A DNA stretch of 64,000 nucleotides from Acidimicrobiales bacterium (GTDB lineage Bacteria > Actinomycetota > Acidimicrobiia > Acidimicrobiales > Bin134). Where the stretch lies: positions 1,641,580 through 1,705,579 of the forward strand of contig OY760141.1 of NCBI GenBank assembly GCA_963663255.1. The letters are read 5' to 3'. Numbering within the stretch: the stretch's first letter is position 1; each line of letters opens with the position of its first letter. Both the position numbers and the translations under genes were made by a program. Shown here one piece after another: positions 49,204-59,565 of the stretch. The notes under the pieces were generated by a model that was not told the origin of the DNA, ran no database searches, and saw only the letters and a list, made by a program, of their open reading frames with translations.

Positions 49204-50256
49204 CTATTCGGGCGACCGTCCCGGTATGGCCCGGAGCGCCTCGCGCACCTCGGCCCAGGGTCCGTCGGTGCGGAGGCCCTGGCCGAATGACATGCGGTCG
49301 ATCAGCCCTCCGTAGCTGGCGTCCACGCCGCGGGCCAGGTTCTGGGGCTCGGCCACCACTCCGAAGGTTCCCAGCATGGTGTCGTCGATGACGTCGGCCA
49401 TCTCAACCCACTGGCCCTGCTTGGACATGCGGTTCAGCTCGTCTTGGGCATCACCCCAGCCGTGGTGCTCGAGCACCGGGCGGTACGCGGGGGTCGAGCC
49501 GTAGAAGGCCAGTTGCTGGCGGGCCGCTTGGGCGGCTGAGGCCATCTCCTCCTCGGATTCGCCGGTGACAATGAACACGGGCATCGACACCTCTATGTCC
49601 ATGGGGTTGCGCCCTGCCTTGGCGGCCCCGCGCTCGAGGGCGGGCAGCGACACTTCCCGCACGTAGCTGGGCGTGGTGAACCCGTGGCTGATCCAGCCGT
49701 CGGCCGACTCGCCGGCCGCTTCGGTCATGAGATCGCCCACCGCGGCCAAATGGATGGGGGGTGGGCCGAAGGAGTTGGAGCCGGGGCTGAACATCGGGGT
49801 CATAAGGGTGTGCTGGTAGAACTCGCCCCGAAAGCTCAGCCTCTCACCGGTCTCCCAACAGTCCCATATGGCCTTGATGGCATCGATCATCTCCGTCATG
49901 CGGGCGGCGGGGTGAGACCAGGGCATGGAGAATCGCTTGGTGATGTGGGGTTTTATCTGCGAGCCCAAGCCGAGCATGAAGCGCCCGCCGGAATAGGCCT
50001 GGAGGTCCCAACCCAAATTGGCCAAGACCATCGGGTTGCGGGCGAATGCCACTGCGATCGAGGTTCCGATCTGGATGCGGCTGGTGTGCTCGGCGGCCAG
50101 CACCAGCGGCAGGAACGGGTCGTGGTCGAGTTCGGCCGACCAGACCCCGTCGTAGCCGGCGGATTCTATGTTGCGTGCGTTTTCGGCGGCCTCGCCAAGA
50201 GGTCCAACCGATCCCTTTCTGGCCGCTCTGGTGACAAGGCCGCCGTCTAGCTTCAT
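49204..50256 (-). CDS. LLM-class (luciferase-like) F420/flavin-dependent oxidoreductase
   Basis: AGYDGVWSAELDHDPFLPL...GRFMLGLGSQ is typical of luciferase-like monooxygenase-fold proteins. Confidence 0.8.
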   Translation of the reverse strand: MKLDGGLVTRAARKGSVGPLGEAAENARNIESAGYDGVWSAELDHDPFLPLVLAAEHTSRIQIGTSIAVAFARNPMVLANLGWDLQAYSGGRFMLGLGSQIKPHITKRFSMPWSHPAARMTEMIDAIKAIWDCWETGERLSFRGEFYQHTLMTPMFSPGSNSFGPPPIHLAAVGDLMTEAAGESADGWISHGFTTPSYVREVSLPALERGAAKAGRNPMDIEVSMPVFIVTGESEEEMASAAQAARQQLAFYGSTPAYRPVLEHHGWGDAQDELNRMSKQGQWVEMADVIDDTMLGTFGVVAEPQNLARGVDASYGGLIDRMSFGQGLRTDGPWAEVREALRAIPGRSPE

Positions 50257-50281
50257 GCTCTGTCCTCTCGGGTGGTGGTGG

Positions 50282-51151
50282 TCATTTGGACTCGTCCTGG
50301 TCGCGCAAGAAGCGCTCCAGCTCTTCGGCCAGTTCGTCCCCGGTGGGAAGCTCGTCGCCGTGTTCTCCCATGGTGGTGTCGTAGGCGCCTTCCAGCTGCC
50401 CCAACAGGCGCTTGTGGCTCGCGTTCTGGGCGATCATGGAGTCGAGCCGACGGGACACCTCCAGCCCTTCGGCGATCAGCGGTGCCGGATCGAACCTCAA
50501 CTCGGTGACGGCTCGCAGACCCTGGATGAGCGCCGCGGTGGCGGCCGGGAATGGCGATCCGGATGCATAGTGGGGCACCTGGGCCCAAACCGACACCGTT
50601 TCCAGTCCGGCGGCCTCGAATCGCTTGGCCAAAGCCGCGCTGATGCCGGCGGGAACCTCCAGGGTTCCCTGAAAAGAGCCGAACCGCTCGATCAGATCCT
50701 GCGTGGTGCCGGTGGCCGACAGGCGCACTGGTCGGGTATGGGGCACCGCGGCGGGGTAGGCCCCCAACGACACCACCCGGGCTACCCCCAACTGCTGCAC
50801 CAATTCGTCGACCGCAGTGCAGAACGCCTGCCAGCGGAAGTCAGGTTCGGGGCCGTGGAGCATCAAGAACTTGCGCTGGTCGAGGTCGCTCAGCACCTCG
50901 AGCCTGATCGCCGGCCACGAGATGTCGTCGACACGGCCGTCTCGCACGGTCATGGTGGGACGCCGGGCCCGGTGGTCTATCAATAGGTCGGAATCGAAGC
51001 TGGCCACCAGCACTGCGTCGTCTGTGTCGATCATCACCTCAGTGGCGTTGCGCATGCCGTAACCGGCGTCCACCCACCCGTCGAGAGCAACCACCAGCAC
51101 CGGGTCGACCACATCGGGCAGTTGCTGGACGGTGACCAACTCGCTGCTCAT
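50282..51151 (-). CDS. PAC2 (proteasome assembly chaperone 2-like) family protein
   Basis: PVLVVALDGWVDAG... and QVPHY motifs resemble actinobacterial PAC2 proteins. ATGA overlap with the upstream gene. Confidence 0.7.
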   Translation of the reverse strand: MSSELVTVQQLPDVVDPVLVVALDGWVDAGYGMRNATEVMIDTDDAVLVASFDSDLLIDHRARRPTMTVRDGRVDDISWPAIRLEVLSDLDQRKFLMLHGPEPDFRWQAFCTAVDELVQQLGVARVVSLGAYPAAVPHTRPVRLSATGTTQDLIERFGSFQGTLEVPAGISAALAKRFEAAGLETVSVWAQVPHYASGSPFPAATAALIQGLRAVTELRFDPAPLIAEGLEVSRRLDSMIAQNASHKRLLGQLEGAYDTTMGEHGDELPTGDELAEELERFLRDQDESK

Positions 51152-52206
51152 GCCACCTGCTCCGCGGCTGATGTGGCCATGTCGACCAGTGCGTCCACCC
51201 GGGCGACGAAGCTCTCGGCCCCCTGGGGCGGCGCCTTGTCGCCCATTGCCCCTCCCACATAACGGCTGTACACGCCCTCCAGGATGCAGGCCAGCTTCCA
51301 GTAGCCGAAGGCCATATAAAAGTCGAAGCTGTCGATATCGCGCCCCGATGACTCCAGGTACAGGTCGAACATCTCGGCCCGGCTGGCGAATCCGGACTCA
51401 CTGGTGGGGGGATCGTCCAGTGCAACCTCCAAGTCGCCGGGCTCGGCCCAATACACCAGAAGTTGGGCCACGTCGGCGTTGCGGTCGCCCAAGGTGCACA
51501 GCTCCCAGTCGAGCACCGCCACCACCTGGCCTTGTTCGCCCAGTATGCAGTTGTCCAGGCGGTAGTCCCCGTGGACGATGCCGGCTTCCCCCTGGTCGGG
51601 GATGCGGAGAACAAGGTGGTCGTGGACCTCTTGGATCTGGGGGCGGTCTTGGGTCTTGGACTCCTCGAACTGGCGCAGCCAGCGCCGGAGCTGGCGGGCG
51701 ATGTAGTCCTCCTTGCGGCCCAGATCGCCCAGCCCTACCTCATCCACGTCCACTGCGTGGATGTGGGCCAGCGTCTCGGCAATCGACTGGGAGGCGGCCT
51801 GGCGCCGCTCTGGGGCCAGCGCAACAGCATGCTTGCGGTTGCGCACCACCCTCCCGTCCACAAAGTCCATGACGTAGAACGGGCGCTCGTTGACTGATTC
51901 GTCACCGCAGAGCCCGAACGTGCGGGGTACCGGCACTTCGGTGTCGGCCAGGGCGGCGATGATCTTGTGCTCTCGGCCCATGTCGTGGGCGGTGGCCAGA
52001 ACCTGATGCAGCGGGGGCCGGCGCAGCACGTAGCACCGGCCGTTGGCATCGGTGACTTTGAAGGTGAGGTTGGAATGCCCGCCAGCGATCAGTTCGAACG
52101 CCAGCGGCAGGACCGCGTCGGTTACGTGGGCCTCGAACCACGCGCTGACCGCGTCATGCTGGATGCCTCGGATGTGGTCCATGCAACTGGTGAGGGTAGC
52201 GTTCAA
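51148..52206 (-). CDS. APH-family phosphotransferase (acyl-CoA-dehydrogenase-associated type)
   Basis: GGHSNLTF. Brenner motif IVHGDYRLDNCI. DWELCTLGD. Confidence 0.75.
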   Translation of the reverse strand: MNATLTSCMDHIRGIQHDAVSAWFEAHVTDAVLPLAFELIAGGHSNLTFKVTDANGRCYVLRRPPLHQVLATAHDMGREHKIIAALADTEVPVPRTFGLCGDESVNERPFYVMDFVDGRVVRNRKHAVALAPERRQAASQSIAETLAHIHAVDVDEVGLGDLGRKEDYIARQLRRWLRQFEESKTQDRPQIQEVHDHLVLRIPDQGEAGIVHGDYRLDNCILGEQGQVVAVLDWELCTLGDRNADVAQLLVYWAEPGDLEVALDDPPTSESGFASRAEMFDLYLESSGRDIDSFDFYMAFGYWKLACILEGVYSRYVGGAMGDKAPPQGAESFVARVDALVDMATSAAEQVA

Positions 52207-52229
52207 TCCGGGTCAATGAGAGGTAGCCG

Positions 52230-52937
52230 ATGGCCGATGTAAGCGACGCAACGTTTGCCACCGAAGTAGTGGAGCGTTCCCACACCGTGCCGGTGGTGGT
52301 GGATCTGTGGGCACCGTGGTGCGGACCATGCAAAACGCTCGGGCCGATTCTGGACCAGGTAGTGGCGGCCACCAACGGGGCGGTGGAGCTGGCCAAAGTC
52401 AACGTGGACGACAGCCCCCAGACCGCCCAGGCCTTCCAGGTGCAGAGCATTCCCGCGGTGTACGCCATGCGCGATGGCAAGGTGGTGGACGGCTTCATCG
52501 GCGCCCAGGGCGAGGCCACGGTGGCCGAGTTCGTGCAGCGACTGCTGCCCACCGAGACCGAGACCGAACTGGAGGCGCTGGTGGCCGCAGGCGACGAGGA
52601 TTCTCTGCGGGCCGCGCTGGAGCTCGACGCCGACCACGAGGGCGCCGTGGTGGGGCTGGCCGACCTGCTGGTTGCCGATGGGCGAGCCGAGGAGGCCCTC
52701 GATCTGCTGGAGCGCATTCCCGAGACCGCCGAGGTCCGCCGGGTGGCCGCCCTGGCCCGTACCGGTGGAGTTGGCGCGGGCAACGGCGACGTCGAAGCCC
52801 GCCTGGAGGACCTGCTCGGCCTGGTGAAGGCCGACCCGGAAGCCCGCCAGGAGTTCGTGGACCTGCTCGAGATCATGGGTACCGACGATCCTCGCACCTC
52901 CATATACCGGCGTCGGCTCACCGCTCAGATCTACTGA
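52230..52937 (+). CDS. Thioredoxin-domain/TPR co-chaperone (YbbN-like)
   Basis: VVDLWAPWCGPCK thioredoxin motif followed by a helical TPR-like C-terminal half. Confidence 0.8.
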   Translation: MADVSDATFATEVVERSHTVPVVVDLWAPWCGPCKTLGPILDQVVAATNGAVELAKVNVDDSPQTAQAFQVQSIPAVYAMRDGKVVDGFIGAQGEATVAEFVQRLLPTETETELEALVAAGDEDSLRAALELDADHEGAVVGLADLLVADGRAEEALDLLERIPETAEVRRVAALARTGGVGAGNGDVEARLEDLLGLVKADPEARQEFVDLLEIMGTDDPRTSIYRRRLTAQIY

Positions 52938-53051
52938 GCTCCGTTCAGTTGGCTCCTGCGGACTCAGGCCCCTGTCGATTTTGACTTTGGGCTGATACCC
53001 TGACGCTGCTTCCCCCTCCACTGGCATGGCGCGGCGCGTCCGGAAACAGCC

Positions 53052-53735
53052 ATGGAAGATTCCTCGCTGCCCCCTCCCCGGCTGACCCCGTCGGAACGGG
53101 CCCGGGAGATGTGGGATGACTACCGCCACCTGATCACCGGACCCCGGCTGCTGATGGCAGGGGCCGGACTCGTGATCGTCGTCGCAGTGGCGGCCTACTT
53201 AATGGTCGGTGCCAATGGCGCCCCCCGGCCAGAGGCGATCATTCCCATGGCCACGCCGCTGCCCACTTCTGCGATTCCCAGGGCCGAGCCGACCCCGATC
53301 CTGGTCCATGCGGCGGGTGCGGTGCACACACCGGGGGTGTACCTCTTTCGGGGCGAAGCCCGGGTGCTCGACTTGGTGGAAGCGGCCGGAGGGATGACCC
53401 CTGACGCCGACTACGACCGGGTGAACTTGGCCGACACGCTGTTTGACGGGCAGTGGTTGTACTTCCCCCGTGTCGGCCAAACCGAGATACCCGCTCCCCT
53501 TAACGGAAGCGGACCGGTCGGTAGCGGGGCTGCTGTCCGATCGGGGCCTTTGAACCTCAACACTGCCACCCCCGAGCAGCTGGAATCTTTGCCCGGGGTC
53601 GGTCCGGCCATCGCCGCCGCCATCATCGAGCACCGCCAGCGCATTGGCGGGTTCGCCACAGTTGAAGGGTTGCTGGCGGTGTCGGGCATAGGTCCCAGCA
53701 AACTTGAGTTGCTCCGCGAGCTAGTAGCCGTGTGA
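53052..53735 (+). CDS. comEA: ComEA-family DNA-binding competence protein
   Basis: TM helix, SLBB-like VHVAGAVHTPGVY, and a C-terminal double helix-hairpin-helix LNLNTATPEQLESLPGVGPAIAAAI...GIGPSKLE. Confidence 0.75.
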   Translation: MEDSSLPPPRLTPSERAREMWDDYRHLITGPRLLMAGAGLVIVVAVAAYLMVGANGAPRPEAIIPMATPLPTSAIPRAEPTPILVHAAGAVHTPGVYLFRGEARVLDLVEAAGGMTPDADYDRVNLADTLFDGQWLYFPRVGQTEIPAPLNGSGPVGSGAAVRSGPLNLNTATPEQLESLPGVGPAIAAAIIEHRQRIGGFATVEGLLAVSGIGPSKLELLRELVAV

Positions 53736-53748
53736 GCCCCCGACGGCG

Positions 53749-55530
53749 ATGAGCGACCGCCAAGCAGTGGCCCTCGCCGTGGCCGCCATGGTCGGCGCCT
53801 GGTGGTCGGCGGCTGTTCCGCTGATTCCTGCGATCGCCCTAGGCGGGGTGGCCTTGGCCGTTCGCAAGCCGTGGCTGCTGGTGGCTGTGGTCATGCTGCT
53901 CAGCTCTTCGCTGGGGGCCCGGGCTTGGGCCGGTCTCGACCCGGTGGAGGCTGGAGCGTTTGAAGGCGAAGCAACCCTGGTGGCCGATCCGGTTCCAGTC
54001 GGCGAAGGGATGCGAGTGAGCGTGCGGGCAGAGGGACGGCGCTATGAAGCGTGGGCATACGGCCGAGCCGCCCGCGACCTGCGCGAGCGCCTGGCTGGGG
54101 ATCGCATCCTCATCACCGGCAGCGTGCGCCCGATTCAACCGCTGCCCGACTACCAAGCAGCCCGCCATATCGCCAACCGGCTGAGCATCGACCGCATCAT
54201 TGGCCATCGTGAAGGGTTGCCGCCCTATCGGCTGGCCAATTGGCTGCGCCGTACCATCTCCTCGGGCGCCGAGTCGCTCGACGACGACCGCCACGCCCTG
54301 TTCACCGGGCTGTCGTACGGCGACGACCGCTATCAGTCGCCGGTGGTGTCCGATGACTTCCGGGCCGCGGGCCTCACCCACCTACTGGCGGTGTCGGGCC
54401 AGAACGTGGCCTTCGTATTGATCTTGGCCCGACCTCTGATCGAGCGCTTCGACTACCGGGGCCGCTGGGTGCTCACGCTCAGCTTCATCGGCTTCTTCGC
54501 CCTGGTCACCCGGTTCGAGCCCTCGGTGCTGCGGGCCACCGTTATGGCGGCCATCGCGGCCACCGCCACCCTGCTGGGGCGCGACGCATCCAGCCGCCGG
54601 GTGCTGGCCCTGGCCGTGGCCCTGCTGGTGCTGGTCGATCCGCTGCTGGTGCACTCGGTGGCCTTCCGGCTGTCGGTAGCCGCCTCTGCGGGCATCATTT
54701 TGTGGGCACCCCTTCTGGCTGAGCGCCTGCCCGGTCCTCGGTTGCTGGCCGAGGCGCTGGCCGTGACCGTCTCGGCCCAGTTGGCCGTGTCGCCGCTGTT
54801 GATCGCCATCTTCGGCGGGGTGCCGGTGGCCTCCCTGCCGGCCAACCTGCTGGCCGCCCCGGTGGCCGGGCCGATCATGATGTGGAGCCTGTCGGCCGGA
54901 GTAGTGGCCGGGCTCTTCGGCGGCCCGCTGGCCCATGCCATCCACTGGCCCACCAACTTGGGCATTGGCTGGATCGAGGCGGTGGCCGGCTGGGCGGCGT
55001 CGGCCCGGCTGGGCGAGCTGAGGGCCCCCCATCTGGCGGTTGTGGCCATCGGCGCGGTGGCCTGGTGGCTGGCCCAGCGACGCCCGCTGCGGGCTGCGGC
55101 CGCCGTCGCACTGGCCATGGCGCTGCTGGTGCCTGCCGTGGCCCTGCGGATATCCGACCCGCCGTTCCACACCGTGCTCGACTCCGGCGTCGAAGTGTGG
55201 CGGGAACACAACACAACGGTGATTGCGCTCGGTTCCAACCGCTCAACCGAAAGTCTGCTGGAGGATCTGCGCCGGGCCGGCGTCGGAGCCATCGACCTGG
55301 CCGTGGCCGACCGAGGCACAAGAGCCCAGCGCGACCAAATCCGGTCGCTCCAAGAGCGGATGTGGCTAGGAACAATCGTCGCCCCACCCGGCCACCGCAT
55401 CGGCGGTGCCACCACCGTCCAGACCGGCCAAAGAGTGCTGGTGGGGGGTCTTGTCGTAGAAGTGACCTCCCACGACCTTCGCCTGGCAGTCACGGTCACC
55501 CCGGCAGGCGGTGTAGCGTCGCCTGCGTGA
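53749..55530 (+). CDS. comEC: ComEC/Rec2-family membrane channel protein (no recognisable HxHxDH metallo-beta-lactamase motif)
   Basis: Competence-domain motif AAGLTHLLAVSGQNVAF. Many TM segments. comEA-comEC-holA synteny. Confidence 0.75.
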   Translation: MSDRQAVALAVAAMVGAWWSAAVPLIPAIALGGVALAVRKPWLLVAVVMLLSSSLGARAWAGLDPVEAGAFEGEATLVADPVPVGEGMRVSVRAEGRRYEAWAYGRAARDLRERLAGDRILITGSVRPIQPLPDYQAARHIANRLSIDRIIGHREGLPPYRLANWLRRTISSGAESLDDDRHALFTGLSYGDDRYQSPVVSDDFRAAGLTHLLAVSGQNVAFVLILARPLIERFDYRGRWVLTLSFIGFFALVTRFEPSVLRATVMAAIAATATLLGRDASSRRVLALAVALLVLVDPLLVHSVAFRLSVAASAGIILWAPLLAERLPGPRLLAEALAVTVSAQLAVSPLLIAIFGGVPVASLPANLLAAPVAGPIMMWSLSAGVVAGLFGGPLAHAIHWPTNLGIGWIEAVAGWAASARLGELRAPHLAVVAIGAVAWWLAQRRPLRAAAAVALAMALLVPAVALRISDPPFHTVLDSGVEVWREHNTTVIALGSNRSTESLLEDLRRAGVGAIDLAVADRGTRAQRDQIRSLQERMWLGTIVAPPGHRIGGATTVQTGQRVLVGGLVVEVTSHDLRLAVTVTPAGGVASPA

Positions 55531-56369
55531 TTGTGGAGCTGGGGCCGCATCGCTTTGACGTGACCACGCGGGCTCTGGTGATGGGGATTTTGAACCGGAC
55601 GCCCGACTCGTTTTACGACGCCGGGCAGTACTGGGATTTCGACGATTTCTTGGCCAAGGCGGAGAAGCTGGTGGCCGAGGGGGCCGATTTCTTGGACGTG
55701 GGCGGGGTTAAGGCCGGACCTGGTCCGGAGGTGACTGAGGCTGAGGAGATGGACCGGGTGGTGCCGGCCATCGAGGCGTTGCGCGAGCGCTTCGATCTGC
55801 CCCTCTCAGCGGACACCTGGCGGGCATCGGTGGCCCGGGAGAGCTATGCCGCCGGGGCGGTGGTGGGCAACGACATCAGCGGCTTCGCCGATCCCGACTA
55901 TCTGTGCGCCGCCGCCGAAGCCGGGGCATCGGTGGTGGCCTGTCATGTGCGCCTGGCGCCCAGGGTGGCTGATCCCGAGCCGGAATACGATGATTTGGTG
56001 GGCGAGGTGAGCCGGTTCCTGGCCGAGCGGGCCCAGTGGGCGGTGGAGGCGGGGATTCCGCCCCAGCGGGTCATGCTCGATGCGGGCCACGACCTGGGCA
56101 AGACCCCCGAGATGTCGACCGAGCTGCTGCGCCGGGCCGACGAGCTGGTTGGCTTGGGCTATCCGGTGTTTCTTTCGGTGTCCAACAAGGGGTTCTTGGG
56201 GGTGCTGACTGGTACCGAAGTGGGGGACCGGCGGGAGGCCACCCTGGCGGCCCACGCCCTGGGAATCGGGCTGGGCTGTCGAGTTCTGCGGGCCCATGAT
56301 GTGGCTGGCACCCGCCGAGTGGCCGACTTCATGAGCGCTATTCTCCAGCACCAAAGGGAGTCCCGGTGA
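55527..56369 (+). CDS. folP: Dihydropteroate synthase family protein (paralogue-like)
   Basis: GILNRTPDSFYDAG, SADTWRASVA...GNDISG and VSNKGFLG match DHPS motifs. The usual GGESTRPG loop reads GGVKAGPG. GTGA overlap with the comEC stop. Confidence 0.8.
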   Translation: MIVELGPHRFDVTTRALVMGILNRTPDSFYDAGQYWDFDDFLAKAEKLVAEGADFLDVGGVKAGPGPEVTEAEEMDRVVPAIEALRERFDLPLSADTWRASVARESYAAGAVVGNDISGFADPDYLCAAAEAGASVVACHVRLAPRVADPEPEYDDLVGEVSRFLAERAQWAVEAGIPPQRVMLDAGHDLGKTPEMSTELLRRADELVGLGYPVFLSVSNKGFLGVLTGTEVGDRREATLAAHALGIGLGCRVLRAHDVAGTRRVADFMSAILQHQRESR

Positions 56370-56407
56370 GCGTGATTCTCCAAGACCGAAGGGAGTCCCG
56401 GTGAGCG
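56340..56407 (+). repeat. 35-bp-period tandem duplication of the folP/holA junction (33-nt copies at 56340-56372 and 56375-56407, 30/33 identical)
   Basis: ATTCTCCAGCACCAAAGGGAGTCCCGGTGAGCG versus ATTCTCCAAGACCGAAGGGAGTCCCGGTGAGCG. Copy 1 holds the folP stop (56367-56369). Copy 2 holds the holA start GTG (56401). Confidence 0.9.
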
Positions 56408-57414
56408 CCACCGTGGTCTTGTTGCACGGAGGTGACGAGGTTCTGCTTTCGGGCGCGGTGCGCGACCGGGTGGCCGAGCTGGTGGGCGACGGCGACCGGT
56501 CGCTGATGGTGGCCGAGCTGACTGAGGCCGCCTACCTGGAAGACGAGGACTACCACATAGCCCCGCTGGTGGACGCGGCCCAGACCCCGCCGTTCCTCAC
56601 TCCCCGGAGGGTGGTAGTGGGCCGGGAGCTGGGCCGTTTCTCCAGCGTCGACTCCCTCGGCCCCCTGCTCGGCTATTTGGAGAACCCGCTGGACTCCACC
56701 GATCTGGTGTTGGTCTGGGAGAAGGGGCCGGCGCTCCAGAAGCTGGGCGCGGTGCCCAAGCGCTTGTCGGAAGCGGTAGGCGCGGCCGGCGGGGAGGTGA
56801 TCGGCGCCGGGGTACCCCGGGGCCGTGACGGGACTGCCCAATGGATGGACGCCCAGATCGCCGCGGCCGGACTGCGGCTGCGGGCCGGGGCCAAGCGAAT
56901 GCTGGCCGATCACCTGGGGGAGGACTTGAGCCGCCTGCCGGCGGTGCTCGCCACCCTGGCATCTACCTATGGACCGGACCGGGCATTGGAGGCTGACGAT
57001 GTGGTCCCGTTCGTCGGGGAAGCCGGTTCGGTGCCGCCTTGGGAGCTGACCGACGCAGTGGAATCGGGCAGCATCGCCGATGCTTTGGAGAAGCTGCACC
57101 GGATGCTTCATGCCGGGGGTCGCAACGAGATGCAGGTGCTGGCATCGCTGCACAACCACCATGCCCGTCTGCTTCGGCTCGACGGCACCGGGGCCGCCGA
57201 TGAAAAGGAGGCGGCCGAGCTGTTGGGCATCAGGGGCTCCACCTTCCCGGCCCGCAAGGCGCTGCGCCAAACTCGCAAGTTGGGGACCAAGAGAATCGCC
57301 CGTTCAATTGAGCTCTTGGCCCAAGCCGACTTGGATCTCCGAGGGGCCACCGCGATATCCCCGGATGCGGTATTGGAGGTGCTGGTGGCTCGCCTGACTC
57401 AGCTCAATCGCTAG
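56401..57414 (+). CDS. holA: DNA polymerase III delta subunit
   Basis: Size, helical clamp-loader-delta pattern, and conserved position between comEC and rpsT. Confidence 0.8.
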   Translation: MSATVVLLHGGDEVLLSGAVRDRVAELVGDGDRSLMVAELTEAAYLEDEDYHIAPLVDAAQTPPFLTPRRVVVGRELGRFSSVDSLGPLLGYLENPLDSTDLVLVWEKGPALQKLGAVPKRLSEAVGAAGGEVIGAGVPRGRDGTAQWMDAQIAAAGLRLRAGAKRMLADHLGEDLSRLPAVLATLASTYGPDRALEADDVVPFVGEAGSVPPWELTDAVESGSIADALEKLHRMLHAGGRNEMQVLASLHNHHARLLRLDGTGAADEKEAAELLGIRGSTFPARKALRQTRKLGTKRIARSIELLAQADLDLRGATAISPDAVLEVLVARLTQLNR

Positions 57415-57435
57415 AGGCTGGGGGTTGGGTTAGCC

Positions 57436-57705
57436 CTATTCAGCCTGGAGCCGCGCCAAGCGCTTCATTAGGCGGGATTTCTTCCGAGCTGCGGTGTTGG
57501 GGTGCAGCACGCCTTTGCTGGCTGCTTTGTCGATGCGCTTGATGGCCATGCGGGCCGCTTCGGCGGTCTCGGTGGCATCGCCCTGCTCCGCGGCGGCCTC
57601 TGCGGTCCGAGTACGGGTGATGACCTCAGAGCGCACGGCCCGGTTGCGCTGACGGCGCTTCTCGTTCTGGCGATTGCGCTTTATCTGGCTCTTGATGTTT
57701 GCCAC
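57436..57705 (-). CDS. rpsT: 30S ribosomal protein S20
   Basis: [21 protein letters not shown] is a canonical S20 N-terminus. Confidence 0.95.
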   Translation of the reverse strand: MANIKSQIKRNRQNEKRRQRNRAVRSEVITRTRTAEAAAEQGDATETAEAARMAIKRIDKAASKGVLHPNTAARKKSRLMKRLARLQAE

Positions 57706-57774
57706 AGAATGACAACTCTACCGCCCGCCAACCCCACCAACCACACGGGAGGGGCGGTAGCGTTTCTAGTTGTC

Positions 57775-59565
57775 GTGTCCATAGACCTCACTCGAATCCG
57801 CAACACCTCGATCATCGCCCACATCGACCACGGCAAGTCCACGCTGGCCGACCGCATGCTGGAGATTTGCGGGGCGGTCGACCCCCGGGAGATGCGCGCC
57901 CAATACCTAGACTCCATGGATCTGGAGCGAGAGCGGGGTATCACCATCAAGCTCCAGAGCGTCCGCCTCGACCACGATGGCCACGTAATCAACCTCATCG
58001 ACACCCCCGGTCACGTGGACTTCGGCTACGAGGTGAGCCGCTCCTTGGCCGCTTGCGAGTCGGTGATCTTGCTGGTGGACGCGGCCCAGGGGATCGAAGC
58101 CCAGACGCTGGCCAACTGCTACCTGGCCATGGAAAACGAGTTGGAGGTGGTGGCCGCCCTCAACAAGATAGACCTGCCCGCGGCCGAACCCGATCGTCGG
58201 GCGGAGGAGATCGAGCAGGTGCTGGGCATCGCCGCCGAAGACGTGTTGCACATCAGCGCCAAAACCGGCGAGGGGGTTCAGGAGCTCCTCGACGCCGTGG
58301 TGGCCCGCACTCCGCCGCCGGTAGGCGACCCCGACGGCCCGCTCCAAGCGCTGATTTTCGATTCCCACTTCGACCAATACCGGGGTGTGGTTAGTTCCGT
58401 ACGGGTGATGAACGGACGGCTCCCCTCGGGGGCCAAGATCCGGTTCATGCAGGCCCGCACCGATCGGGAGGTCGACGAGATCGGGGTGTGGGCGCCCCAG
58501 CCGACACCGATCGAAGAGCTGGGGCCCGGCGAAGTGGGCTACCTCATCGCCGGCATGAAGAACGTGGCCGAGGCCCGCTCGGGGGAGACCGTCACCACCG
58601 CCCGCAGCGGCGCGGTCGAGGCCTTGGCCGGATACCAAGAACCCAAGTCGATGGTGTTCTGCGGCCTGTATCCCATCGACGGCGATGAGTTCGCGGCCCT
58701 GCGAGACTCACTGGAGCGGTTGCGAGTGAGCGACTCCAGCTTTAACTACCAGCCCGAATCGTCGGGTGCGCTGGGCTTCGGCTTCCGCTGCGGCTTCCTC
58801 GGGCTCCTCCACATGGAGATCGTCCGGGAGCGCCTGGAGCGGGAGTTCGGCCTCAGCCTCATCGCCACCGCACCCTCGGTGGCCTACCGGGTCGAGCTGG
58901 ACAATGGCGAACAGGTCGAGGTGGACAACCCCTCGGCCATGCCCCCCGCTGCCGAGGTGCGGGGCATCCAAGAGCCCATGCTGGCCGCCACCATCATCGC
59001 CCCTGCCGACCACACTGGCACCCTCATGGAGCTGTGCCAGGCCCGCCGGGGGGAGATGAAGAAACTGGAATACCTGTCGCCCGAGCGGGTGGAGCTGGCC
59101 TACCGGCTCCCCCTGGCCGAGGTGGTGGTGGACTTCTTCGACCAGCTCAAGAGCCGCACGCAGGGCTACGCCAGCTTGGACTACGAGCCCGACGGCTACA
59201 CCGCAGCCGACCTCACCAAGGTGGACATCTTGCTCCAGAACGAGCCGGTGGACGCCTTCAGCTCCATCGTCCACCGGGACTCGGCCTATTCCTACGGCCG
59301 GCGCATGACTGAGAAACTCAAAGAGCTGATCCCCCGCCAGCAGTTCGACGTTCCTATCCAGGCCGCCATCGGCGGCAAGATCATTGCCCGTGAGACGGTA
59401 AAGGCCTTCCGAAAGGACGTCACCGCCAAGCTGTACGGCGGCGATGTGACCCGCAAGCGCAAGCTGCTGGAGAACCAGAAGGCCGGCAAGAAGAAGATGA
59501 AGTCCATCGGTCGGGTGGACGTTCCCCAGGAGGCGTTCATCTCCGCGCTCCGCCTGGAAGACTGA
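57775..59565 (+). CDS. lepA: Elongation factor 4 (LepA)
   Basis: [20 protein letters not shown] (G1). DTPGHVDF (G3). NKID (G4). LepA C-terminal domain. GTG 57775 is chosen because the listed upstream extension is antisense to rpsT. Confidence 0.95.
   Translation: MSIDLTRIRNTSIIAHIDHGKSTLADRMLEICGAVDPREMRAQYLDSMDLERERGITIKLQSVRLDHDGHVINLIDTPGHVDFGYEVSRSLAACESVILLVDAAQGIEAQTLANCYLAMENELEVVAALNKIDLPAAEPDRRAEEIEQVLGIAAEDVLHISAKTGEGVQELLDAVVARTPPPVGDPDGPLQALIFDSHFDQYRGVVSSVRVMNGRLPSGAKIRFMQARTDREVDEIGVWAPQPTPIEELGPGEVGYLIAGMKNVAEARSGETVTTARSGAVEALAGYQEPKSMVFCGLYPIDGDEFAALRDSLERLRVSDSSFNYQPESSGALGFGFRCGFLGLLHMEIVRERLEREFGLSLIATAPSVAYRVELDNGEQVEVDNPSAMPPAAEVRGIQEPMLAATIIAPADHTGTLMELCQARRGEMKKLEYLSPERVELAYRLPLAEVVVDFFDQLKSRTQGYASLDYEPDGYTAADLTKVDILLQNEPVDAFSSIVHRDSAYSYGRRMTEKLKELIPRQQFDVPIQAAIGGKIIARETVKAFRKDVTAKLYGGDVTRKRKLLENQKAGKKKMKSIGRVDVPQEAFISALRLED

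Noticed and set aside
54882-55526. Long N-terminal extension of the folP-like ORF (495 aa as listed).
   Set aside because: It lies entirely inside comEC in another frame and is Arg/Pro/Gly-rich. DHPS homology starts at GTG 55527.
57502-57774. Upstream extension of the lepA ORF.
   Set aside because: It is antisense to rpsT. The LepA G1 motif begins right after GTG 57775.
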